Origin: Opitutales bacterium
Lineage (GTDB): Bacteria > Verrucomicrobiota > Verrucomicrobiia > Opitutales > PNEW01
Length of the DNA stretch: 64,000 nucleotides
Direction of reading: 5' to 3'
NCBI GenBank assembly: GCA_965197745.1
Contig: CBDANS010000007.1
Span: forward strand, 2,048,001-2,112,000
Shown here: positions 29,919-39,849 of the stretch, one piece after another
How positions within the stretch are numbered: position 1 is the first letter of the stretch
How the letters are laid out: each line of letters opens with the position of its first letter
Position numbers and translations under genes: made by a program
Notes under the pieces: model-generated
Seen by the model: the letters and a program-made list of their open reading frames with translations, nothing else
What the model was told of the DNA's origin: nothing
The model's database searches: none

Positions 29919-30863
29919 ATGAACCCTCTCCCGCTTCCCCGACGCCGACTTGGCAAAACAAATTTGAATATCCCCGTCATCCCTTTTGGCACCCAGGGCT
30001 TTGGCAATAACTTTGGCCCCGTGTCTGATGAAGAAGCCGTCGCGCTTGTCAAACACGCCGTCAGTCTCGGAGTAAATCACTTTGATTGTGCCCGTTGTTA
30101 TGGCGATTCTTTACGAAAATTGGGTTTGGCTTTAAAAGAGATCCCGCGCCAGGACGTGATCATTACCGGGCGGCTCTGCTGTCACTCGGCGTCTCAATGG
30201 GGCTTTTATGGTGAAGGGGAACCGGATTACACTTCAGAGCGGGTCACACGCGATGTGGAAGACCAACTGGAGATACTCGGCACCGATTATTTTGACGGGA
30301 TGCTCATCCATGACCCGCTGGAAATCGATCCAACCCTGGCCCCAAATGGGACCCTGTCCGGATTGCTGGGACTCAAATCACGCAGCCTGGTGCGTCACGT
30401 CGGCTATGGTATGCGACCCCACGAATTTCACTTAAAAACCATCGAAACCGGTGATGTAGATCTCCTGCTTTGCTTTAACGACTACAATCTCGTCCGCAAA
30501 ACCGCAGACCAGGATATTATTCCCGCAGCCACGGCTGCCGATATTGGAATTATGAATGGCTGGTCGATTTTACGTGGCCTATTGACCGGCATCGATATCG
30601 ATGAGGCCAGGGAAAAGGGACGTTACAAAAATGATAAGGATGCCGATGCCGCACGACAGATTCGAGAGTGGTGTCTGCAAGAGGAAGTTGATCTCCTGCA
30701 ACTGGCCATCCAATTTTGCTTAAAGGAAGACCGCATTCACGGCAATACGATTGGCAACCTTAATATCGAGCAATTGGAGGCCAATGTTCAGGCCGCATGC
30801 ACACCAATCGAGCAGAGCGTGTGGGCGAAGTTTCATGCCGAGTTTGGGATAAATCTGATATAG
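29919..30863 (+). CDS. Aldo/keto reductase
   Basis: RRLGKT, GVNHFDCARCYG, LIHDP and LAIQF motifs. Confidence 0.9.
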   Translation: MNPLPLPRRRLGKTNLNIPVIPFGTQGFGNNFGPVSDEEAVALVKHAVSLGVNHFDCARCYGDSLRKLGLALKEIPRQDVIITGRLCCHSASQWGFYGEGEPDYTSERVTRDVEDQLEILGTDYFDGMLIHDPLEIDPTLAPNGTLSGLLGLKSRSLVRHVGYGMRPHEFHLKTIETGDVDLLLCFNDYNLVRKTADQDIIPAATAADIGIMNGWSILRGLLTGIDIDEAREKGRYKNDKDADAARQIREWCLQEEVDLLQLAIQFCLKEDRIHGNTIGNLNIEQLEANVQAACTPIEQSVWAKFHAEFGINLI

Positions 30864-31274
30864 ATATCCAACGATATATAGCCACAAAATGCACAAGAAA
30901 GATTTTACAAGAAGAACGGGACGGGCGGAAAGATGATGGTACTGCATAGACACTGAGGTCGCAAAGTAAAAGAAGAGTTGGCCAAAAAAAGCAAAATTGC
31001 GAAGAAAGATCAGGTGAAACACAGTGTCTCATCGCAATGTCATCTCAACTCCGTATGCGAGTGAGACTGATACGGATAAACCTTACCGTGGTTTCTAATT
31101 TTGATTTAAAAAACGCTTAGGGTATATCAGTCGCTCAGCTATTGCTGAGCTATGCGATTAAGCACCGCGTTTCACCTCGTTATTATTTTGTGCTTTTTGT
31201 GCCTTTGGGAGATCTCGCTTCGCTCTGGTAGTGGCTATCTCTTCTCAAAACCACAAACACAGAGAAATAAATTT

Positions 31275-32144
31275 TTAAATCTTAAAAGCGTCCACGAATC
31301 CCCATTCTTCTAACCACTTAATCCAGCGTTCACGCCTGGGGTTATTTTCGGTGTTTTCCAACCACCAGGGGTCGTATTGAGACCCTACTCTTTCCTGGAC
31401 TTTTTTATTTTTACTCGTCCAGGATCTGAGCGCATCTATCTGTTTACGCATTGATGCTTTCTCTGCGGGGGACTTGGGGTTTTGATAGAAATTATAAGTA
31501 CAGGTCCGGCGATCCTCATAGCCGCCAAAGGCTGCATGCCAGGTCCGCTGATTAAACATAATCAAATCACCCGGTTGTGAATTGAATACATAACTCGGGA
31601 TATCTTTACCACGTAGTTCATACTTAATTGCTTTTGGAGTCTGATTCGTTTTCTTGCGAAAAGCGGCATCCAGTCCAATATGGAGAAGATCTTCATGCAG
31701 AGGATTTTTATGTGAACCGGGAATGACCCGCAAGGCGCCGTGGTCACCGGTAGTCGGCTGGAGATACATGACGTTTTTTACCATTAATAAATGAGAATCT
31801 TCAGTATCTGGATGCCATTGGGAACTTATCGAGTAACTGTTGGCATTGGAATGAATGGGGACACTATCCTCACCTACCAGTTGTTCTGAAGGCGCGTAAA
31901 TACGCGGATCTTCAAGCAAGCTGGCAATAAAAGGCGTTTGCGGGTTTCGGTTAGGCCAGTTATTATTGGAGGGGCGCTCTTCGTTTGGGTCTGCCTCTGC
32001 CTTAAGCGTGCTGAGGCGTTTATCGAACTCCTCGTTTATCTTATTAATCTCCTCTTCGCTGAACACATTTCTCCGTACTAAAAATCCAAATATTTCAAAA
32101 AGTTGGATCTGATGTTCAGTGAGTCGGTAGTTTTCCTTTATCAT
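31275..32144 (-). CDS. PhyH family 2OG-Fe(II) dioxygenase
   Basis: WHPD, GALRVIPGSH, WHAAFGG and RR motifs. Confidence 0.88.
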   Translation of the reverse strand: MIKENYRLTEHQIQLFEIFGFLVRRNVFSEEEINKINEEFDKRLSTLKAEADPNEERPSNNNWPNRNPQTPFIASLLEDPRIYAPSEQLVGEDSVPIHSNANSYSISSQWHPDTEDSHLLMVKNVMYLQPTTGDHGALRVIPGSHKNPLHEDLLHIGLDAAFRKKTNQTPKAIKYELRGKDIPSYVFNSQPGDLIMFNQRTWHAAFGGYEDRRTCTYNFYQNPKSPAEKASMRKQIDALRSWTSKNKKVQERVGSQYDPWWLENTENNPRRERWIKWLEEWGFVDAFKI

Positions 32145-32286
32145 AATAATATTTCCTCTACGCAAAAAGAAGGGTTAGGTTTTAGGTTGAAGAGGTGGAG
32201 CGGGCTGCCTGACGGCCATAGCTTATCAATGCACAGCGACGGCTGTTCCCCAGCACGCTTCTCTTTTTGACTTTTTGACCTTTTGA

Positions 32287-33096
32287 CTAAGAGACTACAT
32301 TTTTTAAACGCATCACTTGTCGAGCGTGATCGGAAAGACTATCCCAGAGAGAGCGAGGAATAGTGTTCTCCGCATTAATATGCATCCTTTGATTAGTAAA
32401 CCAAGGGCGACTGAATCCCATGCTGAGTTCATCGCGCGAGTGGTCAGAGACGTTAGGTGTTCCGCGGTGAAAAAGACGTGGGTCATACAGCCATACAGTC
32501 CCACGCTTCACATTTAGACGAATCGGATAGTAATTGCCTTTGCGATTGGGGCCCTCTCCCAGGACATGGTCGAACCACTTCCCTCTTCTCCCATCAATTT
32601 CTTTGTAACAAACCTCTTCATCGGCAATATAGTGACTGGATGGAAGCACTTCGATACTGCCGTTTTCCACAGTTGCGTCAACGAGGGGAATTCTTAGAGC
32701 GACAGAAATCGTCGGTGTCATTAACCCTGGAAAGATCAGGTCCACATCGCGATGCCACCTTTGATAGACTGATCCAGGAAACGGTGTATTCGAATTATAA
32801 TTTTGACAGATGTAATCGTCACCCAGTACATTTTCAAAAAGTTTTACGAGGGTTGGATGTTCAAAAATCTCAGGATCAACAAAGGGGTATTCAAATGGAA
32901 TTAAGATCGCATAGCGGTTTAAACCCCGGTTGGGATCGTCCCCTTGTCTTTCAATTTCCCGGTCTCTAATCGGTATCCATGCCTCGTATATCCGATCGAG
33001 TTTGTCGGTGGAAATAAAGTCTTCTAATACAATAAATCCGTTGATTTTAAATTCTTCAATCAGTTGATCGCAATTATACTGGGTTGCTACGCTCAT
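32287..33096 (-). CDS. PhyH family 2OG-Fe(II) dioxygenase
   Basis: QRWHRD, IPLVD..ENG and HRGTPN..R motifs. Confidence 0.9.
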   Translation of the reverse strand: MSVATQYNCDQLIEEFKINGFIVLEDFISTDKLDRIYEAWIPIRDREIERQGDDPNRGLNRYAILIPFEYPFVDPEIFEHPTLVKLFENVLGDDYICQNYNSNTPFPGSVYQRWHRDVDLIFPGLMTPTISVALRIPLVDATVENGSIEVLPSSHYIADEEVCYKEIDGRRGKWFDHVLGEGPNRKGNYYPIRLNVKRGTVWLYDPRLFHRGTPNVSDHSRDELSMGFSRPWFTNQRMHINAENTIPRSLWDSLSDHARQVMRLKNVVS

Positions 33097-33204
33097 TTAT
33101 TATACAAGTGATGTTGTCATTTATTGATTTATGAATATTCAAATAAAACTGAAAAGTAAATAGATTACCTCTTATTCGCAATAAATGGCAGAGCATGTAT
33201 TAAT

Positions 33205-34401
33205 ATGAAGAGGGAGACAACCCTACTCTTAGAGACGGAGAACAATGATCCTTTGCTCGCCAGTATGCTGGAGGGATCGATAGATGATTTGGCACAGGCG
33301 ACACGACCACCATTCCTGAATAGTACTGACACACCCGTCACATGGGGACCTGAGGACTGGGAAGCCATGAAAGCGACGCGAGCGGACATCTTTAATTTCT
33401 CGGCGATTGAGTCACAGTTCGATCCCGAGCGATTTCTCTCTGAAGGATACGCCATTCTGGAAGGAGTGATGACGGAAGAGGCCAGGAAGGCGTGGGTAAT
33501 AGCCGCAAAGGCCGGACAGCAGATCAATGACACGTTACTTCGGTCGGACTGGAGGCAGATCGACTGGCGGGCTCTCGGACGGACTCCTCCTGACAAGTCA
33601 CTGACAGCGATTGAAATCGAGAATGCGATCGGAGGGAGCCAGCAGGTCCCCCAGTCTGATGACGAAGCTGGAATCCTGACACTTCGGGTCCACAGCGTGT
33701 TCGCGGAGTATTTTCCAGCGGGCCATATCCCCTTCCTCATGGATATTCTTACTCATCCACAGATGCTTCAGCTTCAGCGAATGTGCCTTGGATCCGACAC
33801 TATTTACTTCGATCACAACCAACTACTCACGCGCCCGGGCGGTTATCCAGGCAACAGCTGGCATTGCCACCTGATCGGTGCGGGACGCGATAACTGTGGT
33901 GTCGCCGATCTTACTGAATACCGCGCTCAACCTAACACTAACCTTACAATCTGTTATCCCGAGGGTTTCGAGACTGGGGAAGATGGCGGGTTAAAGATTG
34001 TGAAGGGCAGTCATTTGTTTCGCGATCCGGCTAACTGCCGGTTTGCGACTGACGAGGATATGGAACAGCAGTGGCTGGCAAGGCGAACCCATCCGGTGAC
34101 GGGTGCTCCTCTTCGAATTGAACACCTCGCTCTGCCCCCCGGCTCGATCGTCTGCTGCCTTACACACGCTGCCCACGGGGTAGACCCTAAGGCCGCGAGC
34201 CGGAAAACGCGATGGTGCACACTGTATTGCTATAAAAAACCGGATGACCTGACAGGTCTTGTCCAACCCCCGAGTGCCGTCCCTCCCGTTTGGGCGATGA
34301 AGGCGAAGCGAGGAGAGTTGCCGGATACATTAGAGGAACTGCTCAGACACAGCTTCGATCGGGCGCTGACCGGCGGGCGTACTGAACACGATGAAACGTG
34401 A
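33205..34401 (+). CDS. PhyH-like 2OG-Fe(II) oxygenase, atypical
   Basis: FLSEGYAIL, SWHCH, GGLKIVKGSH and HAAHGV...R motifs. Confidence 0.7.
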   Translation: MKRETTLLLETENNDPLLASMLEGSIDDLAQATRPPFLNSTDTPVTWGPEDWEAMKATRADIFNFSAIESQFDPERFLSEGYAILEGVMTEEARKAWVIAAKAGQQINDTLLRSDWRQIDWRALGRTPPDKSLTAIEIENAIGGSQQVPQSDDEAGILTLRVHSVFAEYFPAGHIPFLMDILTHPQMLQLQRMCLGSDTIYFDHNQLLTRPGGYPGNSWHCHLIGAGRDNCGVADLTEYRAQPNTNLTICYPEGFETGEDGGLKIVKGSHLFRDPANCRFATDEDMEQQWLARRTHPVTGAPLRIEHLALPPGSIVCCLTHAAHGVDPKAASRKTRWCTLYCYKKPDDLTGLVQPPSAVPPVWAMKAKRGELPDTLEELLRHSFDRALTGGRTEHDET

Positions 34402-34616
34402 ACAAGAAAAAGATAAGTTACTTAATTGGCTTATTTAACACGTCTACCGGTTTCGCAATCAATCTCCCTTAACAACTCGAGTTTTTTTTCAAATGATAAA
34501 TAATTATTTTCTCGTTTATAATATTCGGTAGTTTTTTTGTTCCATACACTGATAAAAGTACTGGACGAAACAGGTTAGCTGATTGAAATGAGAAAGCGCA
34601 AAACCCTCATTCCAAC

Positions 34617-36515
34617 ATGATGAAAACTTTCTACTCTATACTCCTATCCACGTGTCTTTACATTTTCAGCTTTGCACAGGAGCCGATTGACATCGGTTCG
34701 CGCCTCGAACTGTTCGTCGATGATTATTTAATCGATACGCTGTCCGGAGAAGCACAAATGATTTTACACCATCCTACTCCGCGAGAGGTTGCCATTGTGC
34801 ACGATGAACCCTGGGAAGGCAACAGCAGCAATTACCACAGTGTATTTAAGGATGGCGATCGCTATCGTTTGTACTACATGGCGCACGATTATACCATCAC
34901 CGAAAGAGAAGTAACCTCATCGCACCCGTTATATTATTGTTACGCCGAAAGTAACGACGGTATACACTGGCGAAAACCCGAACTGGACCTCATTGAGTTC
35001 AATGGATCAAAGAAAAATAATATTATGTGGGCCGACTACCAGACAGATTGGGAAGTACAGCCTGGTAGAGCGGTGATTATATCCATCAACTATCACGGTG
35101 AAGATCTGAAATATCAATGGTATATCGGCAAACCTGGTGACACGACTAACCCCATCGCAGGCGCAACCAGCAACACACTGAATACCGGCGCTCTCAATGA
35201 GAGTACAAACTTCTGGGTCCAGATTAAAACAAAAACTGGAGTTTATATTAACAGCGATACTTCGATCATCACTGTTGCGGCCCCCTCCGTCACTTCGGTT
35301 GATGAGGATTTGAACGGTAATTTCGAAAAAGAGATGCAAGGTCCTAACGGGAACGTATTTGGTCCGATATTACTCAATGCTGTCGACTCAGGACATTCCG
35401 CAGTGTTTAAAGACACAAACCCTGAAGCATCACCGGATGCACGTTACAAAGCTATCCGTGTATCCGGTGATTTCGAAGGATTAAGAGTTTACAAGTCGGC
35501 TAACGGCATTCATTGGACGACAATGAGTGACAAAAAGATCATTTCAGAAAGAGAAATGAAGATCTTTGAACCTACCTTAAAAAGTATTTACTTCGATTCG
35601 CAAAATCTGGCCTTTTGGGATTCTGCCACCGGGCTTTACCGCCTCTACTTTCGTTCCTGGCCTGATGACCGCCGCGACATAATGACGATGACCTCGACTG
35701 ACTTTATAAACTGGGTCGATCCCGTTCGTCTCAAATACCCAGGTGCACGGCCCGATCATTTGTACACCAACCAGATTAAACCCTACTACCGAGCGCCTCA
35801 TATTCTCATCGGCTTTCCTACCCGCTTTATCAATCGTGGATGGACGGATTCAACACGAGCACTGCCGGATTTATTCGAACGTCGCCAACGAGCTGGATCC
35901 GATGTCGATACTGAAAAAGAGGGGCCGAAACTTCATTTCAGCAGCGCGATTACCGAAGCTATATTCATGACCAGTCGAGACGGGCAGACTTTCAAACGCT
36001 GGGATGAAGCGTTTCTGCGACCGGGCATTGAACGAAATGACAGCTGGGCTTATGGCAACCAGTACATTGCCTGGCAACTGGTTGAAACAAAGTCGAGCTT
36101 TGAAGGTGCTCCGAACGAGTTGTCGCTCTATGCCACTGAAGGTTATTGGACCGGCACCAGCGATCAGCTGCGCCGTTATACAATACGCATCGATGGGTTC
36201 GTTTCGATCAATGCGCCCCTCAGCGGCGGTGAACTGGTGACCAAGCCGCTTGTTTTCGACGGTGACGAGATGGTCATCAATTTCTCAAGCTCCGCGGCCG
36301 GTGGCGTTCAGGTTGAAATACAGGATGACTCTGGCAATCCGATAGAAGGTTTTACTCTTTCAGATTGTTTGCCAGTATTCGGCGACTCGATCGAACGCAA
36401 GGTGAAGTGGAAAGGAACTCCCAACCTTGCCAAACTTGCTGGGCAACCCGTTCACCTCCGTTTTCTTTGCAAAGACGCCGATCTCTATTCTTTTTGCTTT
36501 CGTTCTTCACCATGA
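34617..36515 (+). CDS. Secreted beta-propeller glycosidase-like protein with an inserted Ig-like domain
   Basis: Signal peptide; LELFVDD, YAESNDGIHWRKPEL, FDSQN, TSRDG and RIDGFVS motifs; Ig insert at about 35052-35375. Confidence 0.8.
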   Translation: MMKTFYSILLSTCLYIFSFAQEPIDIGSRLELFVDDYLIDTLSGEAQMILHHPTPREVAIVHDEPWEGNSSNYHSVFKDGDRYRLYYMAHDYTITEREVTSSHPLYYCYAESNDGIHWRKPELDLIEFNGSKKNNIMWADYQTDWEVQPGRAVIISINYHGEDLKYQWYIGKPGDTTNPIAGATSNTLNTGALNESTNFWVQIKTKTGVYINSDTSIITVAAPSVTSVDEDLNGNFEKEMQGPNGNVFGPILLNAVDSGHSAVFKDTNPEASPDARYKAIRVSGDFEGLRVYKSANGIHWTTMSDKKIISEREMKIFEPTLKSIYFDSQNLAFWDSATGLYRLYFRSWPDDRRDIMTMTSTDFINWVDPVRLKYPGARPDHLYTNQIKPYYRAPHILIGFPTRFINRGWTDSTRALPDLFERRQRAGSDVDTEKEGPKLHFSSAITEAIFMTSRDGQTFKRWDEAFLRPGIERNDSWAYGNQYIAWQLVETKSSFEGAPNELSLYATEGYWTGTSDQLRRYTIRIDGFVSINAPLSGGELVTKPLVFDGDEMVINFSSSAAGGVQVEIQDDSGNPIEGFTLSDCLPVFGDSIERKVKWKGTPNLAKLAGQPVHLRFLCKDADLYSFCFRSSP

Positions 36516-36564
36516 TTTCAATTTATACACTTAGACAGCTGTTATAGATCGGGAGAAAGTCACT

Positions 36565-38166
36565 ATGGCCTATGGTAAACTAGAAGAACCGAAGCTTTTC
36601 AATGACGAACAAATGCGACAGTTTGTTGCAGACGGGTATGTGGTTTTTAAACCCGAAGTATCAGATGAGGTGCACAAGACAGTCAGGGAACAGCTTCAAA
36701 TTATGGAGGAAGAAGAGTTTAATTTCGGCAATAATGTCCTGCCTCGCGTTCCAGAGATGGATCGTATTTTAAACAGCCCGGAAGTGAGAGGGGCTTTGAT
36801 CAGCGTGCTCGGTCCAGGATACATTGAACACCCTCACCGTCATTCTCATTATATCGCTCCCGATGCCGAACAAAAAACATTGGCGCAAAATTGTCACCAG
36901 GACTCTTATTCACCTTTAGGACGGCCGCGACAACACTACCCCCGTTTTGCGCGCATTATGTACTATCCGCAGGATTCACCCGTTGAAATCGGACCCACCT
37001 ATGCGATACCGGGCACAAATTATCACAAGCAGTTGACCGATGAAGATCGTCACAATGCCATCCCGATAGCTGGTAAAGCGGGCACGGTGTCGATTACCCA
37101 TTTCGATATCGGACACGCCGCGGGCATCAATAGGATTAAAAAACCTCGGCACATGATAAAATTCATCTATACTCGAGCCGAAGAACCGAGTGAACCCTCT
37201 TGGGATTGCCAGGAGAAAACATGGAGAAATCCAGAGAACTTTGAAGCCCCTCATAACTTAAATTTGGTGTGGTCACACGTTTGGGATTGGCTGTGCGGTA
37301 AGAAGGACCGGTATGATAGTTTTCGCGCTTCTAATACTGATAGCGTTGGGGAGGCGTTGGATGCCATGAATGCCGCCGATCTGGATACCCGAATTTCGGC
37401 CATGCATTCGATTGCTGCTATGAGTGATATCAAAGCGATAGCATCACTCATCAATCGGTTAAATTCCGAACCTTCCTGGGAACGAGTGACGGCGATCTAC
37501 ACCCTGGGTGCGCTTGGAAAGCCGGCCGTGGAACCCCTGGTTGCGAAGTTAAAAGATTCGGTAAATAGCAATGAGGGTGATCCTTTGAAAAAATACTGGA
37601 ATGAGAATGCTATTTCAATGGACGATGCCACTCATGCACTGGCAGCGATAGGTACGCCTTCATTAAATTCTCTTATTGAATTGCTCGATCATTCGAATGC
37701 GTGGGTTCGGATCAATGCAGCCTTTGCCTTAGGTGAGATGGATTCTTCTGCGACAAAAGCCATACCTGCTCTGACACGTTGTTTGGATGACGCGTCCCAT
37801 TGTGTCGTGAGGACTGTAGCTGACTCATTAGGTATCATACGGAAAAACCACGAACAATTTATGCCTTCGCTTGGACGCTTGCTCAAAGTCGGTCGGCCTG
37901 AATGGCAAACTCCGGATCTACGCAGTTGGACTCCTAATGACCAGGTTCGAGTCAATGCCGCGATGGCATTTACCCGTTTGGGAAAAGATGCCGCACCTGC
38001 AGAGGAATTATTGCTCGAAAAATTGGGTGATCCCAATGGACATGTAGCCCTGTTTGTTTTAGAAACTTTGCGACGAATAGGGACGCCTTTAGCGATGGAG
38101 GGCGTGATGGAATATTTAATGACGAGACGGTGGGACGAGGGTATTATTAAAGGTCGAATGTATTAA
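36565..38166 (+). CDS. PhyH dioxygenase-HEAT/PBS-lyase repeat fusion, paralog 1
   Basis: HQD...IGHAAG metal triad; C-terminal VRINAAFALG-type HEAT repeats. Confidence 0.85.
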   Translation: MAYGKLEEPKLFNDEQMRQFVADGYVVFKPEVSDEVHKTVREQLQIMEEEEFNFGNNVLPRVPEMDRILNSPEVRGALISVLGPGYIEHPHRHSHYIAPDAEQKTLAQNCHQDSYSPLGRPRQHYPRFARIMYYPQDSPVEIGPTYAIPGTNYHKQLTDEDRHNAIPIAGKAGTVSITHFDIGHAAGINRIKKPRHMIKFIYTRAEEPSEPSWDCQEKTWRNPENFEAPHNLNLVWSHVWDWLCGKKDRYDSFRASNTDSVGEALDAMNAADLDTRISAMHSIAAMSDIKAIASLINRLNSEPSWERVTAIYTLGALGKPAVEPLVAKLKDSVNSNEGDPLKKYWNENAISMDDATHALAAIGTPSLNSLIELLDHSNAWVRINAAFALGEMDSSATKAIPALTRCLDDASHCVVRTVADSLGIIRKNHEQFMPSLGRLLKVGRPEWQTPDLRSWTPNDQVRVNAAMAFTRLGKDAAPAEELLLEKLGDPNGHVALFVLETLRRIGTPLAMEGVMEYLMTRRWDEGIIKGRMY

Positions 38167-38207
38167 TTGCGGATTGTAATAACCGCACAAATCGGAAAAA
38201 TTTTGTT

Positions 38208-39809
38208 ATGGTGTATGGTAAACAAGCAAAGCCAAAGTTATTAAATGATGAGCAAATGCGTCAGTTTGTTGCTGACGGGTACGTCGTCTTTCAACCTGAG
38301 GTGCCAGATGAAGTGCACACGACGATCAGGGAAAAGCTTCAATACATGTTCGATGAAGAATACAATTATGGCAATAACGTGCTGCCCCGTGTTTCAGAGA
38401 TGGATCGTATTCTAAACAGCCCGGAAGTGAGAGGTGCTTTAATCAGCGTACTCGGGCCGGGGTATATTGAACACCCGCACCGTTATTGTCATTATATCGG
38501 TCCCGATACAGATCAGACAAAAATAGCGCTAAATTATCACCAGGATGGTTATACGCCCTTGGCACGGGCGCGACAACACTATCCTCGCTTTGCGCGCTTA
38601 ATGTACTATCCGCAGGATTCACCTAATGAGATCGGTCCCACACGAGTAATTCCGGGGACACAATATCACAAAAGTTTGACCGACGAAGATCGACAAAATG
38701 GCATCGCGCTGGAAGGAAAAGCGGGCACGGTGTCGATTACTCATTTTGATATTGGACACGCCGCCGGCATCAATGAGGTTAACAAACCTCGGCATATGAT
38801 AAAATTTATCTACGCTCGATCCGAAGAACCGAGCGGACCATCATGGGATTGCCAGGATCAAAGGTGGAGAGATCCTGAGACTTTTGAAATCCCTCATAAC
38901 TTGAATTTGGTGTGGTCACACATTTGGGATTGGTTATGTGGAAAAAAAGATCCGTATGAAAGTTTTCGTGCTCTAAAAACGGATACGATGAATGAAGCGC
39001 TGGATGCCATGAATGCCGATGATCTGGATACCCGAATTTCTGCCATGCATTCGATTGCTGCACGTGGTGATATCAAAGCGATCCCCTCACTCATCAGCCG
39101 CTTAAATTCCGACCCATCCTGGGAACGAGTGACAGCTGTCTACACCCTGGGTGCGCTCGGTCAACCCGCCATCGAGCCTCTAGTCGCCGCGCTTAAAGAT
39201 TCGACTAAGGACAAAGATGAAGATCCTATGGCCAAATTTTGGAATGAAGGTGCTATTTCGATGGATGATGCTGCTCATGCACTGGCGGCCATGGGTCTAC
39301 TATCATTGGACTCTCTGATTGATCTGTTGAACGATTCAAGTGAATGGATACGTATTAATGCCGCATTTGCTCTTGGTGAGATAGATTCTGATGCAGCTAA
39401 AGCTGTTCCTGCTTTGACGCGCTGTTTGGATGATGCGTCACATTGTGTCGTGAGGACGGCAACAGATGCATTGAGTACTATAAAGCAAAGCAGCGATAAA
39501 TTTATACCCTCGCTTGGGCGATTGCTAAAAGGAGGTCGGCCGGAATGGCTAAAACCTCTTAGACGGAACTGGACTGCTTACGATCAGGTTAGAGTCAATG
39601 CGGCCATGGCATTCACACGTTTGGGAAAAGATGCAGTGCCCGCAGAGGAATTACTGCTCGATAAATTAGCCGATCCCAATGGCCATGTGTCCGCCTTTGC
39701 AGCGGAAGCCTTGCGACGCATGGGTACCCCTTTGGCCATTGAAGGTGTGTTGGAATATTTGATGACAAGGCGGTGGGATGACAGTCTTGTTAAAGATCGA
39801 ACCTTTTAA
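38208..39809 (+). CDS. PhyH dioxygenase-HEAT repeat fusion, paralog 2
   Basis: Collinear with paralog 1, same length (533 aa). Confidence 0.85.
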   Translation: MVYGKQAKPKLLNDEQMRQFVADGYVVFQPEVPDEVHTTIREKLQYMFDEEYNYGNNVLPRVSEMDRILNSPEVRGALISVLGPGYIEHPHRYCHYIGPDTDQTKIALNYHQDGYTPLARARQHYPRFARLMYYPQDSPNEIGPTRVIPGTQYHKSLTDEDRQNGIALEGKAGTVSITHFDIGHAAGINEVNKPRHMIKFIYARSEEPSGPSWDCQDQRWRDPETFEIPHNLNLVWSHIWDWLCGKKDPYESFRALKTDTMNEALDAMNADDLDTRISAMHSIAARGDIKAIPSLISRLNSDPSWERVTAVYTLGALGQPAIEPLVAALKDSTKDKDEDPMAKFWNEGAISMDDAAHALAAMGLLSLDSLIDLLNDSSEWIRINAAFALGEIDSDAAKAVPALTRCLDDASHCVVRTATDALSTIKQSSDKFIPSLGRLLKGGRPEWLKPLRRNWTAYDQVRVNAAMAFTRLGKDAVPAEELLLDKLADPNGHVSAFAAEALRRMGTPLAIEGVLEYLMTRRWDDSLVKDRTF

Positions 39810-39849
39810 ATCAGATTGATAATAAAACGCAGTTCAGAAACTTTTTGCT

